From contig CP067995.1 in the NCBI GenBank assembly GCA_045159875.1, positions 64,001-128,000 on the forward strand: a stretch of 64,000 nt of DNA, written 5' to 3'. The notes below the pieces were generated by a model, which worked only from the letters and a program-made list of their open reading frames with translations, was not told where the DNA came from and made no database searches. Positions 25,243 to 36,940 of this stretch are shown one piece after another (within the stretch, counting starts at the first letter, position 1; every line of letters starts with the position of its first letter). The DNA is from a cyanobacterium endosymbiont of Rhopalodia gibba. Lineage in GTDB: Bacteria; Cyanobacteriota; Cyanobacteriia; Cyanobacteriales; Microcystaceae. The position numbers and the translations under genes were made by a program.

Positions 25243-26033
25243 AACACCTCTATGGTAGTTAAAACTAGTTTTTATTCTTTGATAGTTTTAAGAACTATCG
25301 GTCAAGATTATGTTGTTTGACAATACTGGAGTTGTGCAGACTTTAAAAATAGCGTAATAGTTCCTTATGGGGGATATCATTGCTCATAGTTGTATGATAT
25401 TAGTTATGGATGATAAATCATAGAAAATAACTTTCCTAGAATAAGTTGTGATAACATCACAATCAACAAAAGTGGAAAGTATTGCCTTATAAGGTTAAGA
25501 TTTCCGATATTTAAAAAACTTTCTCTTTATAAGAACTAGGTTCTAGAAGTTACTAGTTATTATGTTCAGCCTGAAAGAGCATAGAAGATTTAGTTTGACA
25601 TGTAATTTTAAAAATTCAGTTATTTATAAAGTTTTTTTACCATTTTAAATTTTTTTTGTTTAGTTAAAAGTATTATTTCAAGTTTTATTTATTTATTCTA
25701 ATAAAAAAATAGGATATTAGACTTAGCTCTTTTTATCTGTTCATTAATTCTATTAAAGATAATAGATTTGACTAATTCTTGACTAGGAGAAATAATAGAA
25801 AATTTTAAAATACCATTTACTGATTGCTTGGGCGCTTACTCATCTAAAGACAAGATCTTAATCGATTTTTATTCCCATTGCTAAGTGTTGATGTGAAAGC
25901 CATAAAGGATGAATGTGATAGGTCAGTATTTGTAGAAAATTATAACTTTAACCGGGGATTGACAATCTTGAGTTAAAGACGGCAATCTTAAGGAAAGCTA
26001 GAATCAAATTTTTAGACCTGCTGTTCTCAGCCT

Positions 26034-27437
26034 ATGCTGTCCTTTCTATCATCACTCATAGTGGCTCAAACTATTTACCCGTTAACATTTCGGGAGGCTA
26101 GCCCAGATTTTATTGCCCAACCTCAGGAAGTTCGGACTCTTCCAGGAAAACTTAACGATGTGTTAGTTTTTAATAGCAACAGTCCTGAAGTTATCGAAAC
26201 TGAAGGTATTCTGTTGTCAACGTTCCCGTCAAGTGGAAAAAAATTTTCTAACGCCCACTTAAATAAACCGCTAAAAGGACGCTTTGACGTTTTTACCCAC
26301 CATATCTCTCGGCCCACTTACGCACAAAGAACTCTTTATCAGGGACTGCTGGTTCACAACCCTACTTCCCAAACAATCATCATTAAAGTTTTGCAGGGGG
26401 CGAGTTATCGTACCTCTCCTGATGCCCCGTTTATAAATCTACCTTCTTTGGTCGAAGATCCATCAGGACAGGTTTTTTCTGGTCCAGGTTCTCGATTAAT
26501 GAGCGATATTTTACGAGGAGTTAATCATAATAAATTTCCTACCCGTATAATACTGAGACCGAGCGAGAGCCGGATGTTATTTACGTTACCCATTAGTCCA
26601 AGCAATGGTCGTTCAACTTTTATGCGTCTCTACAGTAACGGCCCTGTCTACATGGCTAATTTAGCTTTATACGAAGTTCCTCGCTTCGAAATTAGTCAGG
26701 ATGAGGACAAAAATAAACCGAAGAAAATAATCTACAGAAAACCAACCCTTAACGAATGGCGATATTTAGTTACCACTGGAAAATTAGTTACTCCTAGGGA
26801 TCTTCCTCCGACACCAATGGATCAAGATTTAGGAGAAGACACAATTTACGGACGAGTGGCTGGTATTTCTGTGGGGTCTGAATGGGTAGCACGACTGACC
26901 GATCAACCCAATAAAATTCATCTGAGTATTCCTCAGCGAGGAAAAGCTTTCTCTTATCCCTTAAGTACAGTCACTACGGGAACTCACGGAACAAAGCAAA
27001 TTCAAAGTGCGCCAATGGTCGTTCGATATCCCGACACTGCCTACCGCGCTCATGGGAATTATGGAGTCCATTACAATTTAATTCTCCCAGTAACTAATAG
27101 GAGCTCTGAGAGGCAAACCGTTGAAATTTCTCTCCAAACTCCTTTTAAACAAAATGAACATGCTGATCGCCTAGTATTTGCCTATCGTCCCCAAGGTCAG
27201 GTATTTTTCCGAGGAACTGTAAAGGTTGCCTATGCAACCCGAAATGGTCAATTCCAAGAGCGTTATTTTCATTTAGTTCAAAGACGAGGACAACAGGGAG
27301 ATGCTTTAGTCAGAATTAACCTCGAACCAGGAGAAAGACGAGAAGTCGAAGTTGATTTTCTTTATCCTCCCGACGCCACCCCTCCCCAAGTGTTGACGGT
27401 GAGAACCATGAATTTGTTCTATGGCAAAAATCGTTAG
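26034..27437 (+). CDS. DUF3370-family exported protein
   Basis: VFNSNSPE, GILLSTFP, AHGNYGV, FLYPPDATPPQVLTV. Confidence 0.85.
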   Translation: MLSFLSSLIVAQTIYPLTFREASPDFIAQPQEVRTLPGKLNDVLVFNSNSPEVIETEGILLSTFPSSGKKFSNAHLNKPLKGRFDVFTHHISRPTYAQRTLYQGLLVHNPTSQTIIIKVLQGASYRTSPDAPFINLPSLVEDPSGQVFSGPGSRLMSDILRGVNHNKFPTRIILRPSESRMLFTLPISPSNGRSTFMRLYSNGPVYMANLALYEVPRFEISQDEDKNKPKKIIYRKPTLNEWRYLVTTGKLVTPRDLPPTPMDQDLGEDTIYGRVAGISVGSEWVARLTDQPNKIHLSIPQRGKAFSYPLSTVTTGTHGTKQIQSAPMVVRYPDTAYRAHGNYGVHYNLILPVTNRSSERQTVEISLQTPFKQNEHADRLVFAYRPQGQVFFRGTVKVAYATRNGQFQERYFHLVQRRGQQGDALVRINLEPGERREVEVDFLYPPDATPPQVLTVRTMNLFYGKNR

Positions 27438-27579
27438 AGACCCTAATGAAAATAAGTAGAATTTTTACTAGGTGTAAGGGTCAACAAGCCGTTGATTTCT
27501 ATTAATTTCCAAAGTAAGGAGATCCAAATTTCCTTTACAATCAAAGACGACGATTTCGGTATGTTATTAGCGATTGAGT

Positions 27580-27997
27580 TAATAAAATATTTCCTGCGAT
27601 TGGTACTATTTTCCTTCTCATTTGTATTTCTTGTGAGTTCATTTTCTATCCTAACAGTCAGTTCTTCGGTAGTGACTGGCGCGGTAGCTAGTTTTGGAGA
27701 TGTACAGTTAATTAGTAATTAGTAAAGATTTTTCGGGATAGTACCCTAAAGACGGCACAATTTACTCATGTAGATTTGACCAACGCGAATTTTAGGGATG
27801 CTGATTTACATGGAGTAGTTTTTAATGGTACAAAATTAATTGAAACCGATCCTCATGGGGTTGATTTAACTAACAGTGCTAACTTTAGCCTAGCAGTTTT
27901 AGACAATCGACAGGTAACAGAACAACTGTGCGACCGCGTTGACGGAATCAATTCTAAAATGGGAATAAGTACCTGTGAATCCCTAGGTTGTCGATAG
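27580..27997 (+). pseudogene. Secreted pentapeptide-repeat protein pseudogene
   Basis: Signal-like N-part ends in a stop at about 27722; C-part [15 protein letters not shown]...[23 protein letters not shown] with apparent internal deletion. Confidence 0.75.
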
Positions 27998-28004
27998 TTA
28001 ATTC

Positions 28005-29165
28005 ATGGCTCAAATGACAGTGAAACGCGTTGGTGTTATTGGAGGAGGTCAGTTAGCCTGGATGATGGCTAAAGCTGCTCAACGGTTGGGTTTTGATTTG
28101 ATCATTCAAACGTCCCACAAGGACGATCCTGCCGTGTCTATTGCAACAGAGGTCATTTTTGCCCCTATTAATGATAGAGCAGCTACCATCGAACTAGCGG
28201 CTCATTGTGATGTAATTACGTTTGAAAATGAGTTTATTGATCTCGAGGTCCTCCGACCTTTAGAAGAAAAAGGGGTCCGTTTTTGTCCTAGTTTGGGGGT
28301 TCTTACTCCATTATTGGATAAATATCAGCAAAGATCTTATCTACAACACATTGGCTTACCTGTTCCGAAATTTACCACTCTAGAAAACCTATCATCTCTC
28401 GACTTTTCCTTTCCGGTCGTGCTGAAAGTTCGTCGTCATGGTTACAACGGTCAGGGGACTTTTATTGTTAAAACCCCAGAGGAGCTAGAAACCACTGCCA
28501 AAAATTTGGAGGGAATAGAAGTCATGGTAGAAGAGTTTGTTACATTTGAACGGGAATTAGCCGTCATGGCTGCTCGTAATGTCACTGGAGAGGTAGCGGT
28601 TTATCCTCTGGTAGAAACTTACCAACCTGATCAAGTCTGTAGATGGGTGCTCGCCTCTGGAGATATTTCAACAGAAGTTCAAACAGAAGTAAAACAGATA
28701 GCCATTAATTTATTGACTCGATTGGAAGTGGTGGGAATTTTTGGTATCGAACTGTTTTTAACTCCTCAAAGTCAGGTTTTGGTTAATGAAATTTCCCCCC
28801 GTACCCACAATTCAGGACATTACACCCTCGATGCTTGTGAAATATCTCAATTTGAGATGCAGTTACGGGCATTGTCAGGACTATCATTGGGGTCAACTGA
28901 GTTAAACTGTTTAGGAGCTGTGATGGTAAATTTATTAGGTTATGAATATTCAAGGCAAGATTATCTAGAAAAACGGCAGAAACTCTCAGAAATTTCCGGT
29001 TCTTACGTTTATTGGTATGGAAAAACTAATGTTCGCCCAGGAAGGAAAATAGGTCATGTTACGGTCTTGCTGGAGAAAACTGAAATGACTTTAAGTCCAA
29101 AAAATCGACAGCAACGGTTGTCAGAAATTGCACAACAAGTAGAGTCAATTTGGTATGGTTCGTGA
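28005..29165 (+). CDS. purK: N5-carboxyaminoimidazole ribonucleotide synthase
   Basis: GVIGGGQLA, TFENE, NEISPRTHNSGH, RPGRKIGH. Confidence 0.96.
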   Translation: MAQMTVKRVGVIGGGQLAWMMAKAAQRLGFDLIIQTSHKDDPAVSIATEVIFAPINDRAATIELAAHCDVITFENEFIDLEVLRPLEEKGVRFCPSLGVLTPLLDKYQQRSYLQHIGLPVPKFTTLENLSSLDFSFPVVLKVRRHGYNGQGTFIVKTPEELETTAKNLEGIEVMVEEFVTFERELAVMAARNVTGEVAVYPLVETYQPDQVCRWVLASGDISTEVQTEVKQIAINLLTRLEVVGIFGIELFLTPQSQVLVNEISPRTHNSGHYTLDACEISQFEMQLRALSGLSLGSTELNCLGAVMVNLLGYEYSRQDYLEKRQKLSEISGSYVYWYGKTNVRPGRKIGHVTVLLEKTEMTLSPKNRQQRLSEIAQQVESIWYGS

Positions 29166-29837
29166 CTGATTAACTCATGTTTGCTCTCGTCTCATGGGGA
29201 AATATTCAACTCTCACTAGAATCAATAGATCAAATTACTTACAACTTGGCAGAAACATCGAGACTTATGCTAACAAAGGGAAGAGAATTAAATTTCTCAC
29301 CTAAAGTGCCATAAAGGAGAAATTCTACTAATGGAGCTCTTATCCTAAACCTAGACGAAATGTCCATTGAATAGCTAAAATTATTGCCCCGCCTCTCAAA
29401 CATACCCAATAAGAACACGATGTTTTGACTCCAGTGACCATCAAATTGTCAGAAGAAAATAAGATCAAACCTTATTATTGCTTTTATAGCAAAAGTTGGC
29501 ACACTGTATTTGCTATAGAATGTTTAAAATTAGCGATTAGATTCGCCTTCTGATTGAGTGCTAGACATTAATGTCACTGGCTATTTCGCAGAAATGGACC
29601 TTCAATGTATCAATGGCAGTTAATAGAATGTTACTTTCAATCTCAAAATTAATATTTCTCAGGCATTAACCTTCAGGATATAATCACTTTACGTTTTGAG
29701 ATAGCCTATCAACCCAACACCAGTAGCCCTCTGTGAGAATTACGACAGCATTTAAATCAAACTTCAAGATAGATAAGATTGATTGCTTTTAAGTAAAAAA
29801 TTTGTTTTCATAAGATATAAATTCCGGGTAGGTACGA

Positions 29838-30974
29838 GTGAATACAATTCCCCCAGTCGATTTAATCCGTCAATACAAGCTAATTGGTGAAGAAGTGGAC
29901 TTAGCTGTCCTCGATGTGGTTCGCTCGGGTCGTTATATTGGTGGTGATGCTGTTAGTGGTTTTGAGCGACAATTTAGCAAATATGTGGGAACTTCTCATT
30001 GTGTAAGCTGTAATTCGGGAAGCGATGCTCTTTATTTGGCTCTACGCGCCTTTAATATTGGACTTGGGGATGAAGTGGTCACCTCCCCGTTTACCTTTAT
30101 TGCTACTGCAGAAACCATCTCTATGACTGGGGCTACTCCAGTCTTTGTAGATATTGATCGCACGACTTTCAATCTAAATATAGATCTCTTAGAAAAGGCA
30201 ATTACCCCCAAAACAAAAGCCATTATTCCGGTTCATCTATTTGGTCAACCCGTTGGCATGACTCAACTTATGGACATTGCTCAACGTCACAATCTTTATG
30301 TAATTGAAGACTGCGCCCAAGCAACAGGGGCGAGATGGAAGGAGAAAAGAGTAGGAAATATTGGACATATTGGCTGTTTTAGTTTCTTTCCTACGAAAAA
30401 TTTAGGAACCTGTGGAGATGGTGGAGCTATCACCACGAATGATCATGCGATCGCCGATACTATTCGTACTATTAAGGAACATGGTAGCCGTCAACGTTAC
30501 AATCATGATTTAATCGGAATAAATAGCCGTCTTGATACTATTCAAGCCGCAATTTTACAAGTTAAATTACGTTATCTAGATCGTTGGAACCAACAACGGC
30601 GAGCAGTGGCGCAACGATATCATGAATTGCTCAAATTCATCTTAGGAATTCAACTACCTCAAGAGTTATTCGGAGGGTATCATGTTTGGAACCAGTACAC
30701 TATTTTAGTCGAAAATAAAAGAGGAGAAACTGAAGTCTTCCGTGATTACCTTCAGAAAAAATTACAGAAAAAGGGGGTTATTTCGATGATTTATTACCCC
30801 ATTCCTTTACACTTACAGAAGGTTTACCAAGGGTTGGGTTATGAAATTGGTGCATTTCCAGTAACAGAAAAAACTGTACGTGAAGTCTTATCTTTACCGA
30901 TGTTTCCCGAGATTTCTTTTGAAGAACAACAGCAAATTGCTTATGCTTTAAAAGACTGTTTAAGTAATAATTAA
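29838..30974 (+). CDS. DegT/DnrJ/EryC1/StrS sugar aminotransferase
   Basis: IIPVHLFGQ, IEDCAQA, FSFFPTKNLG..GDGG, GINSRLD. Confidence 0.94.
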   Translation: MNTIPPVDLIRQYKLIGEEVDLAVLDVVRSGRYIGGDAVSGFERQFSKYVGTSHCVSCNSGSDALYLALRAFNIGLGDEVVTSPFTFIATAETISMTGATPVFVDIDRTTFNLNIDLLEKAITPKTKAIIPVHLFGQPVGMTQLMDIAQRHNLYVIEDCAQATGARWKEKRVGNIGHIGCFSFFPTKNLGTCGDGGAITTNDHAIADTIRTIKEHGSRQRYNHDLIGINSRLDTIQAAILQVKLRYLDRWNQQRRAVAQRYHELLKFILGIQLPQELFGGYHVWNQYTILVENKRGETEVFRDYLQKKLQKKGVISMIYYPIPLHLQKVYQGLGYEIGAFPVTEKTVREVLSLPMFPEISFEEQQQIAYALKDCLSNN

Positions 30975-31094
30975 AACGTCAATTATAAAATTATATTTTG
31001 TAGAAAAAAGTCAAGTTGTTTAATAGGTAATGCTAACCTCACTTGGTCAGATCTTGAAGTAATAGATTCTAATTTGAAGTATGTAGATTCAATA

Positions 31095-31850
31095 TATCTC
31101 CAGAGTGTTTCTGCTCCTATTCCTGCAGTTCTTTGTTAAAATTTATCTTTTAATATTTTTATCTGTTGTAAAAAACAAATTTAATCTCATACTTTTCCAT
31201 TACAAATAAATGGAGGTATATTTTTAGGTCGTTTACTTAACTAACGTTGCTAATTTTTACTTATGTTTTCAAAACTACTTTGATTAATAATTTAATTTGA
31301 GACCAACAGATCTTGGATTGTGTTACTAAATTTTTGTTCAAAAAAATTAGCAATTTTTATCATTGTGCTTTTAGTCTTAAATTTCATTATTTTATAAGTT
31401 AAAACATAACACTTTTATTATTTTTATAAAAGTACCAAGTAACTACATAACAAAAATAATCTCCAAAGTCTATTTTTTCATCAATAAAATATTCAAAAGA
31501 GTTATCAAAGGTTCTCTCTGCAAAATCATAATGTGTCATCAGACTTTTTGTCTGGCTATATAAAGATAACACACAATTAAAAGGATTATGAGCTATATAA
31601 ATGCTTTAGGTTAATAGGGAAATCTAAGAATAGCTTTTTTACCTACTTTTTATAAGTGAGGACTAACTTCTGAGATAGTTTTTAATATGGACAAAGGTTA
31701 TCTATTATAATGTATTAACCAGACAATATATTGAGTCCAGGTGGTTCCACATTTTGGATAACTAACAATAAAAATATTTTAAGGTTGTGCTTTATAACTA
31801 ATTCCAGAAGTAAGTCCTTCTAGAAGAAATCCAATTAGAATTCGAAAGCT
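31095..31850 (-). pseudogene. Sulfotransferase pseudogene
   Basis: Minus strand: IFIVSYPKCGTTWTQYIVWL (5'-PSB loop), IYIAHNPFNCVLS, DFGDYF, PFICNGKV*D* (cf. RKG.VGDW); multiple stops. Confidence 0.85.
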
Positions 31851-33366
31851 ACTATGATTATAGTATCAAGTTTTTTTACCTTTCATTTTTTTGTTTTTTA
31901 TATAGTTATTGTCCTTGCTAAGTAGTGGATACAAATACGACTAAGCTTATAATAAATAATGTTGTGATTAAAATCTTTGTTTTTTCAAAACTAAAGCCTT
32001 TACTGTTAACTTTTACATTCTAAGCTATTCGTTTTGTTATTTAAATCGCTAGTTGAGACTGTATAAGAGTAGAAAGACAGGAGCTTAGACATAAAAATAG
32101 AACCCTTATAGTAAAAAAGTAAATGAGTGGTTTAAATATACAACAGTATACCAATACAGACTTAAATTTGCTTTTTTATTTTAAGTAAGTCAAGAATTTT
32201 GATAGGAATATAGGTTCTTAATCAGAGAGAATAAATGAATCCTTCCTAAAATAGATAATATCATTTAAATAGAATAGAAAAATAAACCACTTAAAAATAT
32301 TTCTTAGTTTTTAAAGAATCTAAAGAATGTAAATTATAAAAAAAATAAATAAAGTTTTTAAAACACAGCAAAACAATAAAGTCTAAAAAATATATATAAA
32401 TATTCTGCATTATTAGTAATTGTGACTCCTATACCTAAATATGCAAAGTAGTAAATTTTTTATGATTAATAATAAAAAAAAATGAGAAAGCCTCAAATAT
32501 TAAATTTTATTCCTTAGATTTAACAACTTTTTAAAAAGTTATGTAATTAGAACTTGAAACCTACGACTGTTTATGATTTAAAAATCGAGCTAAAGTTATA
32601 ATAAAAGAAAAGTAGACTTGATAATTTTTACTTGTTATAATTTAGCGTTAGAAATTGTTCGAACTTTTCGAGGTCATCAAGATATATATGCTAAATCAAG
32701 CATACTTAAATTGTGGCAATTTAATAACCAGAGTAATTTACCAATTAGTCTAATAAAAGATAATGTCTATCGAGCTGTTAAATTTAGTCACAACTATTTA
32801 ATCTCTTTCCCTAAAAAATATAATTAAAATACTACAAAAAAGTTAAACAAGATAAATAAAATAATAAAAGTTTTTAGTTGTTAATTTGGTCAGAACAACT
32901 TTAAATTTTTTCAAAATAAAAAGGCATTATTTAACGCAAATAAAATCTTATGATTGGGCTAAAATTCTGATTTTTAAAAAAATTTTTATAAAATGTAACT
33001 AAGTTGATAAAATATTTTATATTAGAAAACTTTAAAAAATTGACACTTAAGATAATCAAGGCGGCTGGTGATCGTAAAATGGCATATTTGAATCATTTGA
33101 AAGTAAGCGATAACAAGCGGTGGGTTTTAGAACATGTTCAATTTTCAAGCTATCTTTTGATAAAGCCTAATTAAAATTAGGAGTTACACATTAAAAAAAT
33201 ATATCAAATATATTTGATCTGGAATAAATAAAGCAATCATTATATATTGGATTTGATATTTTTATGTTTATTCTCTAACCCAAAATAGCCGGTAAATTTA
33301 CTAAAGATTGCATTCCTATAAAGTTTTTTAACAATTGAATCATCCATACTTAAAATTCTACCTATA

Positions 33367-33498
33367 ATGTCAACATCTTATTTAACTTCATTAAATGAAT
33401 CAACAGGTTCCAGGTTCCTAACCTTCCTTTCGCCGGAACAGACTCATGCCGTCATGAAACAAATCGTTAAAGATATTGAACAAACGGCTACAGCTTGA
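33367..33498 (+). CDS. Candidate 43-aa small ORF, unknown function
   Basis: Open ATG..TGA frame MSTSYLTSLNESTGSRFLTFLSPEQTHAVMKQIVKDIEQTATA, GC-richer than flanks; no family recognised. Confidence 0.35.
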   Translation: MSTSYLTSLNESTGSRFLTFLSPEQTHAVMKQIVKDIEQTATA

Positions 33499-34586
33499 AC
33501 ATTGGGATTGAGCGATTCAACGACGTAAAAATTTTGATAGCTATCTTTTATCTTGATAATCCTCTCTGTTTTATCAATTTTATGTTCTTTATTTTTAGCA
33601 ATTACTTTTTTATAAAAAAAACTATATTTAAGTTAACTTGTCAATGCCTAACTCCTACAACTTATCCTTTACCGTTTGATTGCTATCAACAACGGCTAAT
33701 TTAGTTATGAACCAAAGATTCTAATAAAAGGGAACAGTTAACGGGAAACAGAAAATAAAATTAAAAAATACCTAGTTATTATTTGGGTGGGAATTGATTA
33801 TCATCTAAATACTTAGTCTAAGAAAATATCAGTATCTACAGATAGGTAACACAGTTTATATACTGATTTAACGGCAACTTAATGAACTTAGGATAAATTT
33901 TTTCTAATTCTGGTTTTAACCGGGTACTATCTTCTGATAGATTCTGAATTTCAGTGTGAAGAATTACAATGATTTCCTCTTTTTTCTTTTTCTAATTTCT
34001 AATCAAATAATTTATCAAGTTATCCTATCAAACATGTTAAAGAACTTATTGAAGCACATCTATCATTGTTCTCTATATATGCTTAATTTCTCTATTAAAT
34101 GATTCTACTGAAGTTAGATCAGGAAAAATTAAGTTAAATTCTAATATACTTTGATTTTGCAATAATTTTAATAAAAAGTAAACTTTGAGACACTTAAATA
34201 ATTTTTAAATAAGGCTTTCAAGACTTTAACATTGATGATTTTACACGATAGGCTAGGTAGAGCCGATTAGATCATCCCAATCTATATAATTTAAATTGTT
34301 TCTCTTTATAAGAAATTTATTGTTTGTTCAATCCATAGATTATAATTGCCAATGTCTAAAACTTTAGACATTGGTTTTTTTCTCCAATAGAGTTTATATA
34401 AAACTATCTTTATTGACTCGAACTACAGACGTGTACTTTGTAAAGATTGACAAAGGTTAACCACTACGGAAATGTGTGGCTAGATTTTAGAAAATTGGTA
34501 TTAAGAATCTTGAAACCTGTAATATAAATATCTTGTGAAAACCTGTAAGACTCTACAAAACTTGTCATCTTTCCTAAACCTATCAA

Positions 34587-36335
34587 CTAAAAATCTTCCT
34601 TTCCTTTTGCATATTGTTTTTTATAGAATTTAGCATAACGGCCTTCTTTAACCAACAACTCACTATGAGTTCCAAACTCAATGACTTGTCCTTTTTCTAA
34701 AACTAAAATACAATCAGCGCGACGGATGGTACTTAAACGATGGGCAATCACAAAAACAGTGCGGTTTTCCATCACCCGTTCTAAGGCTTCTTGTACTAAC
34801 GCTTCGGATTCAGAATCCAAGGCAGAGGTAGCTTCGTCTAGTATCATAATACGGGGATTGGGCAGAACAGCACGAGCGATCGCAATTCGTTGTCGTTGTC
34901 CCCCTGACAAGTTAACCCCCCGTTCTCCTACCCAAGTTTGATAGCCTTGGGGTAATTTGCTAATAAATGAGTCCGCGTTAGCAATTTTAGCTGCTTTTTC
35001 GATGGACTGTTGAGCTAACTCTTCTTGTCCATAGGCGATATTTTGAGCAATTGTTCCCGAAAATAAAGTAGTTTCTTGGGGAACAACACCAATTTGACGA
35101 CGGAGACTAGTTAAAGTAACATTTCTAATGTCTACTCCATCGATCAAAATTTGACCCTTTTGGGGGTCATAAAAACGTGGTAATAAATTGAGTAAAGTCG
35201 TCTTGCCAGCCCCAGAAGACCCCACTAAGGCAAGAATTTGACCCGGTTCAGCTAATAAAGATAGTCCTCGCAAAACGGGTTGGCCAGGTTGATAGGCAAA
35301 ACTGACCTGGGAATATTCTACTCTTCCGGTCACCTGGGGTAAAGTTAACCCATCAGGACTCTCAATAACACTGGGTTTACAGTCAACTAATTCGAAAATA
35401 CGATCTATTGATGCTTCGGCCTGTTTAAATTCATTGTAATTACTGGTCATTAAGTCAATTGGATGCAGCAATAAAGCAACAGCCGCCAAATAACTAACAA
35501 ATTCCTCAGATTTTAGATTTCCTTGTGAAATCTGCCAGCCTCCAATCAAGAAAAGCAACATAATACTAATTGCTTCGAGAAACCCGACGATTGGATATTG
35601 AAATGCCTTGAGTTGTTCTGCATGATATTTAGATTGACGATTACGTTCTGCTTCTTGGAAAAATCGGTTAACTTCATAGTCTTGGGCGACAAATGCTTTA
35701 ACGATTTGAATACCACTAAAAACTTCTGTCAACAAAGCCGAAAGATTAGAAACTTGGTTTTGACTACGACGGGATAATAGCAATAATTTTTCCCCAAAAC
35801 GACTGACCAAAATAGCCATTAAGGGAGACAAAACGAAACTGGCAATAGTTAACTGCCAGTTCAAATAAAACATATAAGCAGGAATAACAATCAATTGGAG
35901 AAAATTAGAAATGAATTGATGGGATAGTTTATCAATAATTTCTCCAACCCGATCAATATCTTCTGTTAAGCGATAGGTTAAGTCTCCAGTTTTTGCCGTT
36001 TCAAAAAAATCTAGTCCTAGTCTATGGAGATGAGTATATACTCCTTTTCGTAAGTTTAAACTCATAATAAGGGCAGCATCGATCATGAAAATATTTTGCC
36101 CATATTGAAAGATTCCCCGGATTAAAAATGCCAAGGTTCCTAACCCCAACCAATAGGCAACTTTTTCTACATCTCCTTGACCAATAAATAGAGCTACTTT
36201 ACCGGCAAGATAGGGCAAACAAAGGGTGATAAAAACAAAACCTAAAATACAGAATAGTCCTTTGACAATTAATGCCCATTGTGTCCATAAATATGGAAGT
36301 ATTCGCCACCAATTTGATCGTTTTTTGATAGTCAT
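34587..36335 (-). CDS. ABC transporter fused permease/ATPase (MsbA-like exporter)
   Basis: N-terminal TMD, GSSGAGKT Walker A, LSGGQRQR signature, ILDEATSALD. Confidence 0.93.
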   Translation of the reverse strand: MTIKKRSNWWRILPYLWTQWALIVKGLFCILGFVFITLCLPYLAGKVALFIGQGDVEKVAYWLGLGTLAFLIRGIFQYGQNIFMIDAALIMSLNLRKGVYTHLHRLGLDFFETAKTGDLTYRLTEDIDRVGEIIDKLSHQFISNFLQLIVIPAYMFYLNWQLTIASFVLSPLMAILVSRFGEKLLLLSRRSQNQVSNLSALLTEVFSGIQIVKAFVAQDYEVNRFFQEAERNRQSKYHAEQLKAFQYPIVGFLEAISIMLLFLIGGWQISQGNLKSEEFVSYLAAVALLLHPIDLMTSNYNEFKQAEASIDRIFELVDCKPSVIESPDGLTLPQVTGRVEYSQVSFAYQPGQPVLRGLSLLAEPGQILALVGSSGAGKTTLLNLLPRFYDPQKGQILIDGVDIRNVTLTSLRRQIGVVPQETTLFSGTIAQNIAYGQEELAQQSIEKAAKIANADSFISKLPQGYQTWVGERGVNLSGGQRQRIAIARAVLPNPRIMILDEATSALDSESEALVQEALERVMENRTVFVIAHRLSTIRRADCILVLEKGQVIEFGTHSELLVKEGRYAKFYKKQYAKGKEDF

Positions 36336-36456
36336 TATTAATAATTATTTTTTTAAAATTTAGCTATTATTAGACAGTTAGGATCTTCAACATATCAGTA
36401 AAGTTAGCTAATTTTTTTGCTGTTAAGATCAATGGTCATTGACCTCTAATAAATAA

Positions 36457-36491
36457 AATACCACACTAGTTTACCAAACTAGTGTGGTATT
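36457..36491. repeat. Perfect 16-bp-arm hairpin
   Basis: AATACCACACTAGTTT-acc-AAACTAGTGTGGTATT. Confidence 0.95.
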
Positions 36492-36940
36492 GTAACATAT
36501 TTTTTTAATTAATTTGACCAATATATATAAATTTATCTAGCTTGGTTTATCTGTTTTAATAATAAATTATTCAATGTTCCCATGCAGTTTTAATTAGTCA
36601 TTTAGATTGCCAACAGTTTATACTTATGCACTTTTTTTATAGATGAGGACTATTGCCCTCATCAAGAACCTGCTCAACACTTAAAAATAGATACAAAGGA
36701 ATTAACAATAGACCAACAATTTTAGCTATTCTAGACTTAGAATACTAGATTAGTGGATAACAATCTCTAAAACTTTAGATTAGTAATTTTACTAAACCTA
36801 TCATATAAAATAATTAATATTAACGTGTTAAAAAACTTATTTAGGAATTGTTTAAATTTCTATAAAGCCAAATCAGCAAGGTAAGCAAAATATGATCGTT
36901 CTATCCTTTTTCTCGATATATTTTTATAACTGAATATTAT

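Noticed and set aside
29170..29760. Moderate-GC spacer between purK and DegT with short open frames
   Set aside because: No recognisable motif; likely a pseudogene of unknown origin.
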